Shown in pieces: positions 38,325 through 52,500 of a stretch of 64,000 nucleotides of DNA. The number at the start of each line of letters is the position of its first letter. Position 1 is the first letter of the stretch. Under the pieces are notes generated by a model, which worked only from the letters and a program-made list of their open reading frames with translations, searched no databases and was not told the origin of the DNA. This stretch comes from Marsupella aquatica. Taxonomy: Eukaryota > Plantae > Marchantiophyta. Location of the stretch: assembly GCA_973895155.1 (NCBI GenBank), contig OZ316891.1, positions 9,053,875 through 9,117,874 on the forward strand. The letters are read 5' to 3'. Made by a program: the position numbers and the translations under genes.

Positions 38325-39045
38325 TAGTTATCTCAAAAATTTCAAAATCTTAGCTGAGGAGTTGAGATGGGGCCTTTGCACCTCCGCACATCTCAACTGG
38401 GCAGTTGACGTTGACTCAATCTCAACTGACCTTGTCGAGATGGGCGTACGGACCAAAAAAAATTAAAAACCATAAAAACCAAAAATTTGACAACAAAATT
38501 TGGAATTTTTTTCTTGTTCTAGGTATTTACTCAAGGTCTAGGGTTACGACATATAATCGTAGTTGGACTAACCATAGTCGGAGACGTGGTTAGGTTAACT
38601 AGGATGCACACTATATGCCAAGCGGTGTTTGCTTGGATAAGTGGAACTTAGGCTCATTGTTATGGAGCCACTTGAGAGATGAGGAGAGCTTACACTGTAG
38701 AGACTTGGTATAACCGACGGGCTTAGAGTTCAGTAAAGCTCTCTTGTGTGTTTTTGTGGACGTAGCCTCGAGGAGGTGAACCACGTATCTCTTGTGTTGA
38801 CTACTTGGGAGTTGGATGTGTCATGTGCTTATCGTTGCGATCGTCGTCTATGCTCAACATTTCTCCTATCTTATCTGACCTTGCCAAGATGACGTGTCCA
38901 TCCATACAATATGAACGCCCCATAGTAAAAAAAATTCAGAAAAAAAACTTTTTCTCCCAAGTTTTGAAAAACAATTCAAAATTATTTTTTCATTTTTCTT
39001 CTTGCAGTGCAACTTGGTGGCCTCTCTGAGATGAGGTGGTAGCTG
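38325..39045. mobile_element. Small non-coding insertion (probable DNA element) within the copia
   Basis: GCTGATAT occurs at both junctions (38317-38324 and 39042-39049). The TIRs are weak, so the TSD could be 4 or 8 bp. Confidence 0.45.
38515..38859. mobile_element. Short solo LTR, 345 bp
   Basis: TGTT...AACA termini. TSD TTTCT at 38510-38514 and 38860-38864. A diverged, truncated related copy lies at ~37103-37388. Confidence 0.8.
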
Positions 39046-39372
39046 ATATAAGGTTGACTGATAAAAGTGATTGATGAGATTAATTAACTATGTCCAAATG
39101 AAGAAATACAATTGGAATTGGAATTGGAACTGGAGGAGAAGCCAAAAATTCTTTTGTATGATCAACTACATCTTCATGATTTGAAACATGTGAAGGATGA
39201 GTTAAACTGGAAGGCCTAGAGTAATAAGGCTAATAAAAAATGATTTATTCATTGAGAGTAACATATATTTCTACTAAAGAAAAAATGTTGGGTACTAGGA
39301 TTGTACAGGCGATACCCCTTAACCCCCATAGCTTTGCCGTAGCCTATGAAAATGCACTTTTGTGTCTTGGAG

Positions 39373-39589
39373 AGGCTTTACACCGTGTTAGGAAACAAGA
39401 AAATTATTTCCTATTATGAGCAAAACTATACTGTTACGAGCAAAAAGCGCTAGTAACAAAATGTCAAACATACAAACAAACAAAAAACAATTCCAAAAAA
39501 TATTCTCAAAAAATTGTCATCCATTTGCTATTCACTGTTTGTTGTTTGTTGTTTCCTTTTTCTTGTTTCTTGGCACGGTGGTTATACCC
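39373..39589. mobile_element. Mutator-like MITE, 217 bp
   Basis: 9-bp TSD GTCTTGGAG at 39364-39372 and 39590-39598. TIR core CACCGTG..A.GAAACAAGAAAA at both ends. Splits the integrase motif QLDSKT/QKCIFIGY. Confidence 0.85.
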
Positions 39590-40825
39590 GTCTTGGAGTC
39601 AAGCTGCCTTCGTTTCTCCTTAGGAACATGAGCATATGCAGGACATCTAAAAACACAAAGATGAGTAATATTTGGTTTAGTGCCATGCCAAACCTCAAAT
39701 GGAGTTTGAGCCAGGTGGTTTTAAGGAAGAAGTATAGCTCCGATTTTGAAGATAACAAGTTGTCCAAACAGCTTCAGATACCCAATAAGCATGTGAGAGA
39801 TAAGCAATTTGAAGAAGACTCTGAGCACAGTTGACTAGGGTTTGGTTTTTGCGTTCAGCAACGCCATTTTGCTCAGGTGTGCTAGGAATGGTGAACTGGC
39901 GAGAAATGCCATGCTTCTCACAAAATAGATGAAACTCTTGCGAAACGTATTCACCACCATTATCTGCTCTTAGAATTTTAAGAGTAAAGTTGGTTTGATT
40001 TTCCACTTACAAAATAGTAACGAGAAAAATCAAACCAACTTTACTTGTGATGAAGAAAATAAACAAAATAGTAACGAGAAAAATCATCAATGAATGTAAG
40101 AAAATAACAAAATCCTTCCAAAGAGAGATTTTGCATAGGCCCATAGAGGTTAAAATGAACTAAACCTAGCAAAGAAGTTGCACGGTTATTGGGATCATGC
40201 GGAAAAGGTAATTTTCTTTGTTTGCCGGCAAGACAACCCTCACAGAGCTCAGGAGAGAAGGAAATCTTGAAGAAAGGCCAGAAACCAAGGCTTTGGATTG
40301 CATCAACCTTAGTGCACCTAAATGTAAATGGCCAAGTCAATGATGCCATTTGATTAAATTATTTGGGAAGGTTGAAGTAAGAACAAGTGTAGGTGCATGT
40401 TTGACAGATATGTTGAAAGAAAGACCAACCCCTCTAGGATAGAGATTACGAACTTGAGTACATTTAATATGAATGAACCGACCTTGCAAATCTGTTCCCT
40501 TTAAAATGCAGGAGGTAGAAAAGAACTCTATGCTTGCTTGACCCTTCAGAGTGGCTTCTGAAACTGATAATAAATTCTTACTAATGTGAGGGGAGTGCAA
40601 CACATTAGAAACATAAGTGATTTCACCAAAAGGTAGTTGAAAAGTGATAGTACCAACACCTAGAGCAACTTGGGTGGAGTTATCAACTAGAGACACCACA
40701 AGGGGTGGAGTAAGTGGAACATAAAGGGAAAACCAATGCCTATGTGGGGAAATGTGTCTTGTAGCCCCAAAATCTAGATACCAGGTGCAATCAAAATCAG
40801 ATTGAGAGATGACACTGGTAAGTAG

Positions 40826-42566
40826 TGTAATACAGTACATTAGTTAAAAATGATAGAAAAATTATAAATTTTGAACTTTTTCTAAGTCAATGGTCCAGTA
40901 TAGTTACTTTTTGTAACAATTTAGATCAACTGAACACTTTACCTAATGTCATGCTACACCGGAGACTACTTCATGTTCTAGATATTGAACGACAGCGGAA
41001 GTCTTTACCTTTCTATCGGCATCACACTCAAGACATGGATGTAATTCAAGAAGCTATGCAAGAGAATACCTACACAAGAGTTCAGCAACCAGATCAGACG
41101 GCACTACTCCAACAAGATTAGCTCTACTACGATCATAGTTAAGTTATATAGATCTACATAATTTTAGTTAAATACTTAAAGTAGTCAGAAAAGTCCCATA
41201 CTTTTCCAGGAGATAGACCTTACGTAGTAGAACCTACCCTGAAAATCTCAACTCAAATCGACATGTGGTTTGAAAGTTAAAAATATTTTAGTTTTGCTAT
41301 TTTTTGCTTAGGCGCGAAAGCGCTAATGCGCCCATGCTCTTATGCGCGCATGCGCCCAACACTTAGAAAATTTTCCGATTTTTGTTTTCTGTAATCTTTT
41401 TAATACTTTTACCTATTTTATTGAGTCACTTAGGCACCTCAGAAAAGTCTCATATTTTTCCAGCATAAAGAATATACATCATAGACCACTTCAGCAAAGT
41501 TTCACCTTTTTATGACGTTTAGTTTAGAAACTAAATTTTGGAACCATATTCATTAGTTTTACCATAATTCCACTTTTACAATAGTTAACACCTGAATATC
41601 TTTTAGTTAGTTTTTCATTCCATGAACATTCCACTGAACCTTAGGTACTTCTGTAGTACGATTTTATTACTTTACTTTTACCCATGACCCTTGAGATAAG
41701 AAAGGGCATGTCCTTTCATTATCTATTTTCCTTTTAGTTCCTCCTAGCATATAAGTAGTAGTTCTCATATCATTTCAAGTGTGAAGAAATTTCATGAGCG
41801 CTTAGTTACAAGTCTGCAACTTTGTTACCTCCATTTGTAGCAAGCACTCTATGTTGTTTATGAGTACTTAATACAAAGGATTTCTTCCCCTTCCTTGTGT
41901 TTGAATGATTGAGATTCTAGACCAGAGAAGTAAAACTTTATGATTGATGAATCTTTTGAATGTGTGGAGATAGATTCCTTAATTGGTGAAGGCTATACAT
42001 TCTTGAGTTCTTGATGCATATGTTTTTGGCATAACATTGCTTGTGCACGAGGTGCACAGAATGTTATCACCCAATTATCTGTGACTTTAAGTTGTTGATG
42101 ATGGTGCTTGATATTTGTGATACAAAGTACCAATTGGATGCTGAAGTGATTGGTTGTTAATCTTAACTTAGTACCTCGGAAGGAAAGGTTGAGATGTGTA
42201 GACGGCACCCTAACAACCATCCCAGTAAAGTATTTCATTCCAAAAATGTTCTTACAAGTTCAATACCTTAAATCATCTCAAATTAAGTTATGTTGGTATT
42301 TTCCAGATTCCCTCACCATACCTCAAGATTTTATTGTGTTTTGTTAATTGTTTCCATTTTGTTATTTTATTTACAATGTTAAGCAAACATTCAAAACTAT
42401 GCCTTGCTGAGCAACCATAGTAAAAGGCTCACCTTTGTGTTTTTGTTACTTAAGTCATTCAAAAGTGCTAAATCATAGAAAATTATTCCTTACATGTTCT
42501 TCCATGGGAACGAATACCGAGTTTTGAATCTTAAATGTTTATTTATGTCCCTAGTGTGATACTACA
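40826..42566. mobile_element. Solo LTR, 1741 bp
   Basis: TGTA...TACA termini. TSD AGTAG at 40821-40825 and 42567-42571. Lies between copia gag and protease. Confidence 0.85.
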
Positions 42567-43739
42567 AGTAGAGTGACTGGTTGAAAAGAGATTAATCCGC
42601 TGAGAAGATAAAGAGGACTCAGCAAAGTGAGTGGATGAGGGAGGTTTAATTGATCTATAAACCACATTGGCCCAGCCTTTGGCACGTGGACGGCAATCTG
42701 GTTGGATGTGGTCTTTCTTCTGGCAGTAATGACAAGTGAGTTCCTTGTATTTGCCTTGAGAAGAATGAGGCACAATAGGACCAAGAGCGAGAGCAGGACC
42801 AGGGCTCATTTTTGGCCTTTGATTGTTGCCACTTTTATACTTGAAAGGTTTGCCCATTGCAACTAATGCACCAGCAGGTTCAACTTTTGCTTTACCCTTG
42901 GAATTGGTGTGCATGGAATTTTCTTGAATTTTCCCAATAATCATGGCAAAAGTTAGATTTGTTGTATTACTGAGAACAAAGATGAAAGGCCTCCATGACA
43001 CAGGAAGCGTTCCAAGAAAAATAATTTGAAGGAGATTGTCAACTATAGCAAACACAAAAACTGCGGCGTCATCTACAACACCTTGAAATTCTTCAAGAAA
43101 CTCAACAACTGAATTTTGCTTTGATAAGGTAAGAGATAAGAGCTTACGCCATACAGAAACTTGGGCGGCCAGCTGGTCAAACAACTCGTAGGTAGACTTA
43201 AGTTGATCCTACACTTCCTTTGAAGTGAGAAGTGATTGAATAGGTTGATTTTGTTTATTCCCGCAATGCAAGATTAGATCTGCTGAGGCTTTTGCATCCT
43301 TCATCTTCCACTCGGCTTGTTGAATTGGGTTGGTTGCATGGACCAGGATCAAGACTTATTCCGTCAACTACAGAGAAGAGATCTTGTCTAATAAGAAGCA
43401 TCTCTAACTTGATTTTCCATTTAACTTTTCAACCATGTAGACTCTATAGGGATCAGAAGGTGGATTAGCCATCTTCAATAGAATATCTTTGATAGATGGA
43501 GTCCTTGAGAAATATGATCAACTAAGAGGGGAAAATAAAAATCTGCCTACATATTTATGAAAGTGCTCATAAAAAATCTTAGGAGGGGGAGGCAGAAGAG
43601 AACTCAAAACACATCTAATTGTTGTGAGTTCATCTAGAATGATATCCACCAAATCATTGTTGTCTAACGGATCCGATTGTAAGAATGCAGACATAAAAGT
43701 TTTAGAAGAAGAATCCATTTTTATGTTTAAAGATTATTC

Positions 43740-45400
43740 TGTTAGACTCTACCCGACTTTACCCGTTGACCGGACTAGTCGGTCACCCGACACAACTATA
43801 TGTACACACCATTCAAGACTCTATACACGGTTATTGGCATTTACATTCCTACACGTTATCAGCACGAAGCTCTTCACCAGCAAATTTTTTTGAGGTGAAG
43901 GCCAGGATTGAATTGAATGTTGAAGAATTGAATCGAACGTGGATAGCTCTCACATAGAATCGGGCGAGGAATGATAAGGACCGAAGGGCTGAAATATCAA
44001 ATCAAAATTACACGATAATTGTAGGCAGATTTCAAAGGAGAGAAGAAAACTCAAAGAAAAGGAAATCAAAAGGCCATACGAAGCAGCAAAGGATTCGGAC
44101 TTATTCAAAGCAGAATGGCAACAATAAGTCAATTCATGGATTGAAAGAAAGAGCGACTAGAAAGCAGAAGAAACTACATAAGAAGATCAAAGAGATTGAT
44201 TCGAGGGTACAATTAAAGAAGAAAACACCTCGAGGCGAAATGGAATCGCACAGATTGATCCTATAGTGAAGCCGAAGAGAGAAACGAAAAGAAAATTGAA
44301 CATAGGAAGCGAAGGAAAATGAAAGCATACAAAAATGAGAACATTCAGCAATTGATCAGGAGAAGAGGAAATTGAACCCCCTATTACACAGCGCGATCGA
44401 CAGCAGAAATGAGTGGAATCAAAAAGAGGGAAAACGATCAAGTCAGAGGGAAGAAGACATTGTGAAACGAGAAGAAAGAGCAAGTAGAAATCTAAATTTG
44501 AAGTCAAAAACTGTTGATGCTGTCACAACTTACTTTTGAGAATGATTGAGATGAGAATTCATGCCTGAGCACAGCACTGTTGACGAGAAGAGCAGGATGT
44601 GGATTGGGGGGGATCCAATTCGACACGAAGCGGAGGTGAAGTCGTGAGGCGCGCGCATAGCACCTCTCCAAGAAGAAAAACCAAAAAAATGCAACAAAAC
44701 AGCGAAAACGCGGCTAAGTCCAAAACCCTCTTTAACTGCACAATCTGTCAAAGCAATTTCCGCACACAAAGAAAACTATGCAATTAACCATCTAAGTGCA
44801 AATAACCACAAAACCTCCATAATTGCACACCGTAACAAAGAAAACTTAACTTTACAAAGCTGCATGTGCACTTAACCAGGGCACGAGTAACTAATCACCC
44901 ATAATTGCACAAACTGCAAAACTCCATTACTGCACAATTCAACAAAGGAAATAGCAAATACAAAGGAAACTTTGCAATTAACCAAATAACAAGGAAAACC
45001 TAAATCCTAAGTGCAAACCCTAAAATTGAATTCCAGATTTGCATGCTCTCTGCACCCAGTCCCACTTTGCATGTCGCATAAATGTGCTTTGTCGATATTT
45101 ACTATACTTACTAGAACATAAGCCCCAATCACCATTAAAAGGAACCTAACCACCACCCCGATGGCCAACCTGGAGAAATTGACTTTCCCAGCTTTAGAAT
45201 CGATGGTAACAATTACCTCGAGTGGTCCATAAACCTAAAGGAGAACCTGACCTCCTTAACTCTACTCCCCGCTATAGGGATCGCTCAACCCATACTAGTT
45301 GGCGAACCCCAACCAGACCCGTTAACCAAAGCCAATGAATCCAAGGCCCTAGTATTTCTTAGACACCATATCCATAGATTCTTGCAAAGACAATACATGC
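43740..45400 (+). mobile_element. Bianca element C, 3'-truncated (LTR, PBS, leader, start of gag); same family as B
   Basis: LTR at 43740-43853 resembles the reverse complement of the B LTR. PBS CGTTATCAGCACGA at 43854-43867. Gag ATG at 45161 (MANLEKLTFPALE), truncated at ~45400. Confidence 0.9.
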
Positions 45401-45699
45401 GTCAACATGATATCATATCTATGTAAATGCTTTGATACCATATCAACATGATATCAACTCAATATAACATCATGTAAGCAATGATTGTATTAGCATTGTG
45501 TTGAACATAAATATAATCAAGTGTACAAAACAAACACTAAGGTTTGTGTATGTAAAGAAGTGAGGTCCTGAAATGACACATCTAAGAGACACTGTATATG
45601 AGGTCTACACACCCTTTGCATAACCAATTAATGAGGTGTATGGTCATGGATCATGACCAAGTAGTGCTATCTCATTAGATTGTCATCATTGGCGCATAT

Positions 45700-48600
45700 A
45701 TATATATCCCTTTAAACGTGAAGGCCAAGGTCCTAACTATGGTAGGTTAACCTATGGTTAGGTAAACTAGCATGTATATATCTTAACACTTCCCCTTGAT
45801 TGTATTATGGGAATAATGCAAGCGATTATATGCTAGTTTAAGTTCTCCAACAAAATCTCTAAAATTTTACTTTGTTCCTAAGAAGGTGTTGCCTCATTAA
45901 AACCCTCTCATACTCCTGCAAAGGAAAGAGTACAACCACCTTTTATATATATGAATGTTAGGATATTGACTATCAATGGGTAGTTGCTACGATGGATCTC
46001 TTATTTTAGATAGTCTCCTTAAGCCTATTCGGCGCTGCCTATGTGTTTGATCGAGTCTCTTTGAATGAATCATTTTGACATTTGCTCAACACATGCATAA
46101 TTGTCTTCAAACAACACAATGGGTTGGGTTAAGTTGGTAAGCCACATTGTGTGCTAATGTGATCAATTATTCTTCTCAATCATATGCATTCTCTACTAGC
46201 TTCATACAAGGCAATGATCTCAACATGGTTTAGTACTTTTCCATGAAATAATCGTACCATATAAAAATATATAACCAGTTTGTGACTTAGTGTTATCTGG
46301 ATCTAAGAAATATTCAGCGTCTGCATTATTGGTTAAAGTATAGTTAGTGTTATTAGAGAAATATAATCTCATATCAATAGACTTGTCTTTAAGATAATTA
46401 TATAGTAATATTCTTTTAATTTTGTTCCAATGGCATATGGTAGGTTATGCGCTATGTCTAGCCAATAAATTCATGGCAAATGATATATCAGGTCTTGTTT
46501 GGTTTGCTAGAAATATCAAAGCTCCTATTGCTCATAAATAAGGTTTCTCAGGACCCATTAATAATAGCTCATTTTTGGTTTGTTTCCTGACTATCTCTAT
46601 CTAGAGATCTTATTTCCATGGGAGAAGTAAGTGGATGAGCTTTATACATATTAAATTATTTAAGGATTTTATTTGTATAAGTACTTTGGTGTAAAAGCAT
46701 TCCTCATAGGCTAATGATGCACCAAATGGATGTAGTGACAACATATTTATATGGATTATTTGATACCGTATTTATATGAAGGCACTCCCAAAACTAATAA
46801 GCTGAAATATCTTTCATATTCAGGGGGAGCAATCATTAATAAAGAACCTCATAACAAATCTCCTTCTACCTCATATACCACTAATAAACCCTTAGGAGTA
46901 ACGAAGGGGAAAGGACCTATAGTCCTTAAAATGCATAAGAGTGGGCGTTTTGTCCATCTAGGAAAATGGCCTATTGTCCCACCCGTGCAACACTCCATGC
47001 TTTTGAATAAGGATGGATACGTTGTCCAGATCGATCAATCAATGTATGGACTAAAACAAAGTGGTAGAATATGGTACCAAAGGTTTAAAGAAGAGATGTT
47101 AACTATGGGTTTCACTAATGAGGATACATCGTCATGTTTATTCATCAAAAGAAATGATAATGAATTTCTAATTATAGCAATATATGTTGATGACATAAAC
47201 TTATTTGGACACATGAGGATGATTAACAAAACTATTGAAATGCTAAAGAAAATGTTTGAAATGAAGGATTTAGACCAAACCCATTATTGTTTAGGTTTAC
47301 AATTTGAACATTTAAATGTTTTCCCTTCCTGGAGTGGTAAAGGGTTGAGATGTAGATGTGGTTGGGTTTTCTTTTGTTTTATTCTCCCCTTGAATATGAT
47401 ATGTTTGTCTCTTTATTAATTCTGGTGGTGCTTTCATGCATATATAGTAGTATCCAACAATTCGTATAAATATGTATTTACTATATCCATCTGATGCATC
47501 ATTAACCTATGTCCTAGGGAAAAGCCAACTAGGTATCTATAGGTTATAGCATTCATAACTGGTGCTTATGTTAAATTAAAATCACGCTTGAACTAGGTAT
47601 CTGTGTATATCCTTAAATTGCAACAAGGCGTGCTTTATATCTCGCAACTTGGCCTTGAGCGTTTCATTTTTTCACAAAAGTCCACTTATAATCAGTTAAG
47701 TGACTGGGTGTTTGTTGGTGCAGGGACAATAGGTCCAAACACTTGGCGTTTAATCAGTGAATCAAAATCTGAATTAATTGTCACGGTCTTTTCCCATTTT
47801 GACCAATCTAGGCATTCTTGTGCTTTGGTAATGGTTTTCTTGTTATGTTTGTTATATTTTGGGAAATGTAAAATGCAAAGTTATCATCCATGGGAATATT
47901 GTTTCTATTCCATAGAGTCCTAGTATTCATATATTGAATTGATAGATCTTCATTTTATGGGATTTCCATGGGAATTAGTGTAGGTATCACCTCAAGTATT
48001 ATAGGTGATGGTGTTGTGGTAGTTCTTCTTTGTCTTGGTTGGGTATCTTTAGATCCCAAAGGACGTCCATGTTTTGCTCTTGGTTGTTGCTCAGGGGCAT
48101 TTGCAATGTCAGGAATGTGATAATGTTAACTGCACAATATCGGTAAATGTATCTGGCATTTGCTCCATGGTCTTTGACAATTACAATATCCTATAAACTT
48201 CTTCTTCATCTTGACATGTCCGTGGATCATTCCAAAAAATGGATTGTGTTTGCCATCGCAACTCTAAGTCACGAGTTTGTTCAAATTGTGGCTTCTCGTC
48301 AAATAATTTAGGGAAAATGTTCTCATAGAAATGACATTCAGCAAATCTTGCTTGAAAAACATTAGTAGTGGGTGGTTCTAGGTACATGATTATAGACGGT
48401 GACTCAAAACCAATATAAATACCTTTCTATCTTTGAGGTCCCATTTTTGTATGGTTAGGTCCCATTACAAGGACTAGATAGTACTTGACAACCAAATATC
48501 CTGACATGAGATAAGTCAGGGTCTACACCAAAAGCTAAGTACGTGGTGTGCAGTTAGGTCATTTTATGCTGATGGACGATATTCAAGTAAAGATGCCGCA

Positions 48601-49567
48601 TGTAAAACAGCATGACCCCAAACAGTTGTAGGTAACTGTGTCTGCATGAGCATGGGTCTTGCTATCATTTGGATTTTCTTAAATAACGGATTCAACAATA
48701 CCGTTTTGAAAATGGACGTGAGGTACAGGGTATTGGGTATCTATCCCTATAGCCATGCAAAAATCTTCAAATGTTTTTGAAGTGAATTTGCCTGCGTTAT
48801 CAACCCTAATCGTCTTGATAGGGTTTTCAAGGAATTGGGCTTTTAGCTTCAGAATGTGTGCTAAAAGTCTAGGAAAGACCATTTTTCGTGTGGAAAGTAA
48901 TGAAACTTGTGACCATTTTGAAGATGCATCAATTATGACGGCCCACTCAATGGTTCAATAGGACCACATACATATGCATGCACGCATTCTAAAAATCTAG
49001 GCATTTTATGGATAGTCTTAGAAACAGAAGGTCTAAGTATTAATTTTCCTTGAGAGCATGTCATGCATTTTTGAATTTTATGTGTCGGGCGTGCTTTCAT
49101 TGGTATGTTGTGGGTTACTTTCTTCATTTTCTGAAACATGCTTATACTAAGATGTCCTAACCTAGTATGCCAAAGGTCATATAGTGACATATCATGTGTG
49201 ATAGAATGAAAAGCATTCAACTGGATAACATAAAAACCCAACGGATAAGCAAAAACAGTTTCCTTTATTTGCATGCCCTCATAAGTATTCTATAAAATAT
49301 GAATAATTTCTTGATTCTTGTCGGTACTAGTATGAATATGGTATCCATTGTCTCTAATGTCCTTGAAACTAATTAAGTTCCTCGTGGCGTTAGGCACGTA
49401 GATAGCGGACTTAATGTGAATAGTGGTGTCTTGGGGTAAAATGATGGTGACAAGTCCATGGCCTTCTTCTATCTGATTACTCCCCATGATAGTGATCATC
49501 TTCCTATGGGATGGAGTAATATGGTTGAAATAATCTATACATTTAGTATAGTGTGGGACGTACCACT
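45700..49567 (-). mobile_element. Bianca element D, decayed pol and 3' LTR; same family as A
   Basis: LTR end TCTTAACA at 45788 with adjacent PPT, resembling the A LTR. Remnants of RNase H, RT, integrase (RVDNAGKF) and protease. The RT segment at ~46705-47315 is inverted. Confidence 0.88.
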
Positions 49568-52500
49568 TGTAGTAGTTGATAAAAGACTAAAAACACAATT
49601 TTATCTCTATCGACTCGATATTCGGTCCCTTTAAGAACAAGATGGGGTTGATTTGATAAATAAAACACATGAGAGTTTTTAGATGCTCTCTAACATATAG
49701 TAATCATGATTGATTACTTTACTCAGGTATTTTGAAGATCACTCCACAACGGTGAGAAGTTTTTAATGGTAATTCAACATTATGTAACCATCAAATAATA
49801 AAATAAAACAATTAACAAAACACAAGGAAAAATGTCTTAAAGTATGATAAGGGAGTCTGGAATTTACCAAGGTTACTCCTTATTCATAAGTTAAAATAAA
49901 TTCTCCTATTGTGATGTTGGCTTTGACATTGTCAATGTCTGCCACAATGTCATACGGTTGGGATTTCTCCAACTTCAATTTCCCTTCCTCGATTGAAGGC
50001 ACCACAGGAGTAATTGACTTCTTGATTTCAGGTTTCACTTGTAATTCACAAGCCAAAATCTCTTTGACTTCTGCAGAGATGTCCGGTAAGAAGTATTTGA
50101 GATCATTACGATCATATGCTCCATCGTTCTTGTGGTCCACCTCTTCTCTTTCCACTGTTACAGGCTGCTTGACCTTCGTCAATTCCTTCAGGGGTTTAGC
50201 CAACTTTTTCTCTTTAGATCGAGTCACTGCGAACATGTTCAGTACTCTGTCTCTCTCCCAAACTCTTTTGTTGGGTTGGCCAAGTTCCTCTTCCTTGACT
50301 AAGTGAGGTACCTCAATGTCAAACACCAGGCCCTATGATCCACCATTATTCATATCCGGAATTTTGGTGGCTGCAGTTTTAATTTTTGGATTCAGATCCG
50401 GATCTGCACTTGGAAATAGTTTTCTGCGTTCTTTCTCCTTTTTCTTCATTATGGCGACTTGGGATGTAGACTCCTTCCTTGGGTTCCGATAAGTTGGAGA
50501 GGTGACTTCCACAATTCGGACATGGTCCACCTCTCCTTCTGGCAGCCACATTTCCTCCTCATAGCACACAAGCCAAACATTAGATTCTGGTTTTTGTGTG
50601 TCCTTGACTGGCTCTTGTACATATCTTACCAGCATCTTTGGCTTGGGTGGTGCGGGGCATTCCATAGGTAAGTGACCTTCCTTACCAAAGTTTCCACACA
50701 AAGGATTCATCCCTTCAGGTCTCTTTGGCCATGGACATTGCGGTGAAAAATGGGTCTGATCCCCACAATTTCAACATACGCCTCTTGGCAAAGTTCCTCG
50801 TGGTGGGTATCCTCCTGGTGGTGCCATAGGTGGCTTATAGACAGGTCTATTAGGTCCTCCTTGAGGTCTTATTGGTGGTCTAGGGAAGTATTGTACAGGG
50901 CCTTGAGGTTGAACTTGATACACTGAATGTTCATACCTCTGGAACTCTGAATCACACTCCATCTCACCTTCATAGTCTTCACCTGCAATGTAATTCACTT
51001 GCTTTGGGCTAGGGCATTCATTAGGATAATGGCCCATCTTCTTACAAATAGCACACCACACATTGTACCTCTGTTGTTGTATGGGTCTCCGTGGTGGGTT
51101 ATTCATCGCAAGGTTTACAGCCAATCCCTTCATCTATTTGGCAAGACCTTCCATGATGTCTACAATTTTGCCTTCACTTTTTGCAGTTTTTGCAGGTTTA
51201 ACAGTGGACACTTTCTTGGATTTCACCTCCTCCCCATCAGTGCTGTCCGTATCGTCTCCACTATCATCGCTCTCACTGGATGTATTGTCTTCAGAAGAGG
51301 AAGAATCAGCTTATTTGTTTTCTTTTTCTTAGACTTCTTCTTCTTTTTCCTTTCTTCTTCTTCAATCTCTTTTGCCAGCTGGGACCGTTGGGAGAGATTG
51401 GCATCTATATAAGATTGAGCTACATCATAAGCCTCAGTCAATGTTGTAGGATTGGACATTCTGACAAACTTATTCAATCCATGGTACAAGCCTTGAATAA
51501 ACCATTCCTTGATCAAGTAAGCCGATGGAGCTGGTGTAACTTTCTTGATTAGTCTGTTAATCCTTTGAAGGTAACCACTCAAGGAATCTGTCTTCTTCAT
51601 CATTATGGAATTGAGTCGTGTAAACGCCCAAAGCAGTGGCTCCATCTTCTTGGAATGCCTTCAGGAATTCTGGTTTAACCACAGCCCAATCAGCTGTATT
51701 TTCCAGGTTAGAGTAACATGTTCTGGCTTCACCTCTCATGAGACCTCCAAAAATTGTAGCTTTTATGTCTAGTGCATCATCTTCGTTGGACATTGCCACA
51801 GCCTCAAAATTCTCCATCCAGGCTTCAAAGTTATACTTCTTCCCTCTGAAGTAATCACAACAAATCCTTGACCGGCTCGCCATTGCAAGTCCTCCTGGTG
51901 GTGGTGGTGCTTGTGACGTTGCTAGAGTTTGTGCCGAAGTTATGCTCGGTCGCGTCGAACTCCTTCTTCTTCCCCTGACAAAAGGCACAACAAGTTTAGG
52001 CCCAAATCTCAAATTCAAATATGCAGGTCTAGTCCTGGTTGGTCGGTCTGGTGTTCCTCCACTTGTCCACGCTCCTAGAACTGAAGATACTGCACCAACA
52101 CGGGGGTTCTGCGGACTTCTGTAATCACTTTGTTGCAAAGAGGAAGAGGGAAGATCTTGACTTGGAACTTCTTCGGTTTCCTCCGATTCACCTGAAGGTA
52201 CTCAACTCATAACTACTCATCTTGGCCTACGCGTCTCGACAATCATCAACAATTTAAATCACCAATTTGAGATATGTGGTGAAGAGATCAACACCAACTG
52301 TGTGTGATATTGCTCAAATCAACCAGGATTCGGTTCCGTAAGGAATAAGGAAAGCGTTTTACTCCGTTTTTGTGGTATTTGAAATCTAAAAGTGATTTCT
52401 TTACTAGTTCTTCTCTCAGAATCCTAAAACGATTCTTCCATAAACTCCTTATTCAACAAATTCATAAGGTCTTACTTCTTATCAATAGGTAATCGGATTT

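Larger units (their letters stand above)
37390..45690 (-). mobile_element. Decayed Ty1/copia element (tRNA-iMet primed, not Bianca) with nested inserts
   Basis: PBS TGGTATCAAAGC at 45429-45440. Gag ~43470-42570 (CHYCQKKDHIQPDC), protease WYLDFGAT ~40790, integrase LRADNGGEY/PEQNGVAERKN at 39695-40200, RT HQMDVITAFL/LYGLKQSP at 37390-37800. Confidence 0.85.

Noticed and set aside
39381-39580. CACTA-type MITE (CACCG termini)
   Set aside because: No 3-bp TSD. A 9-bp TSD slightly further out fits a Mutator-like element better.
49568-49870. 3' LTR partner of the gypsy element
   Set aside because: It begins with TG at the copia breakpoint but does not match the 53956-56046 LTR, and no matching TSD was found. 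It is probably a fragment of another element.
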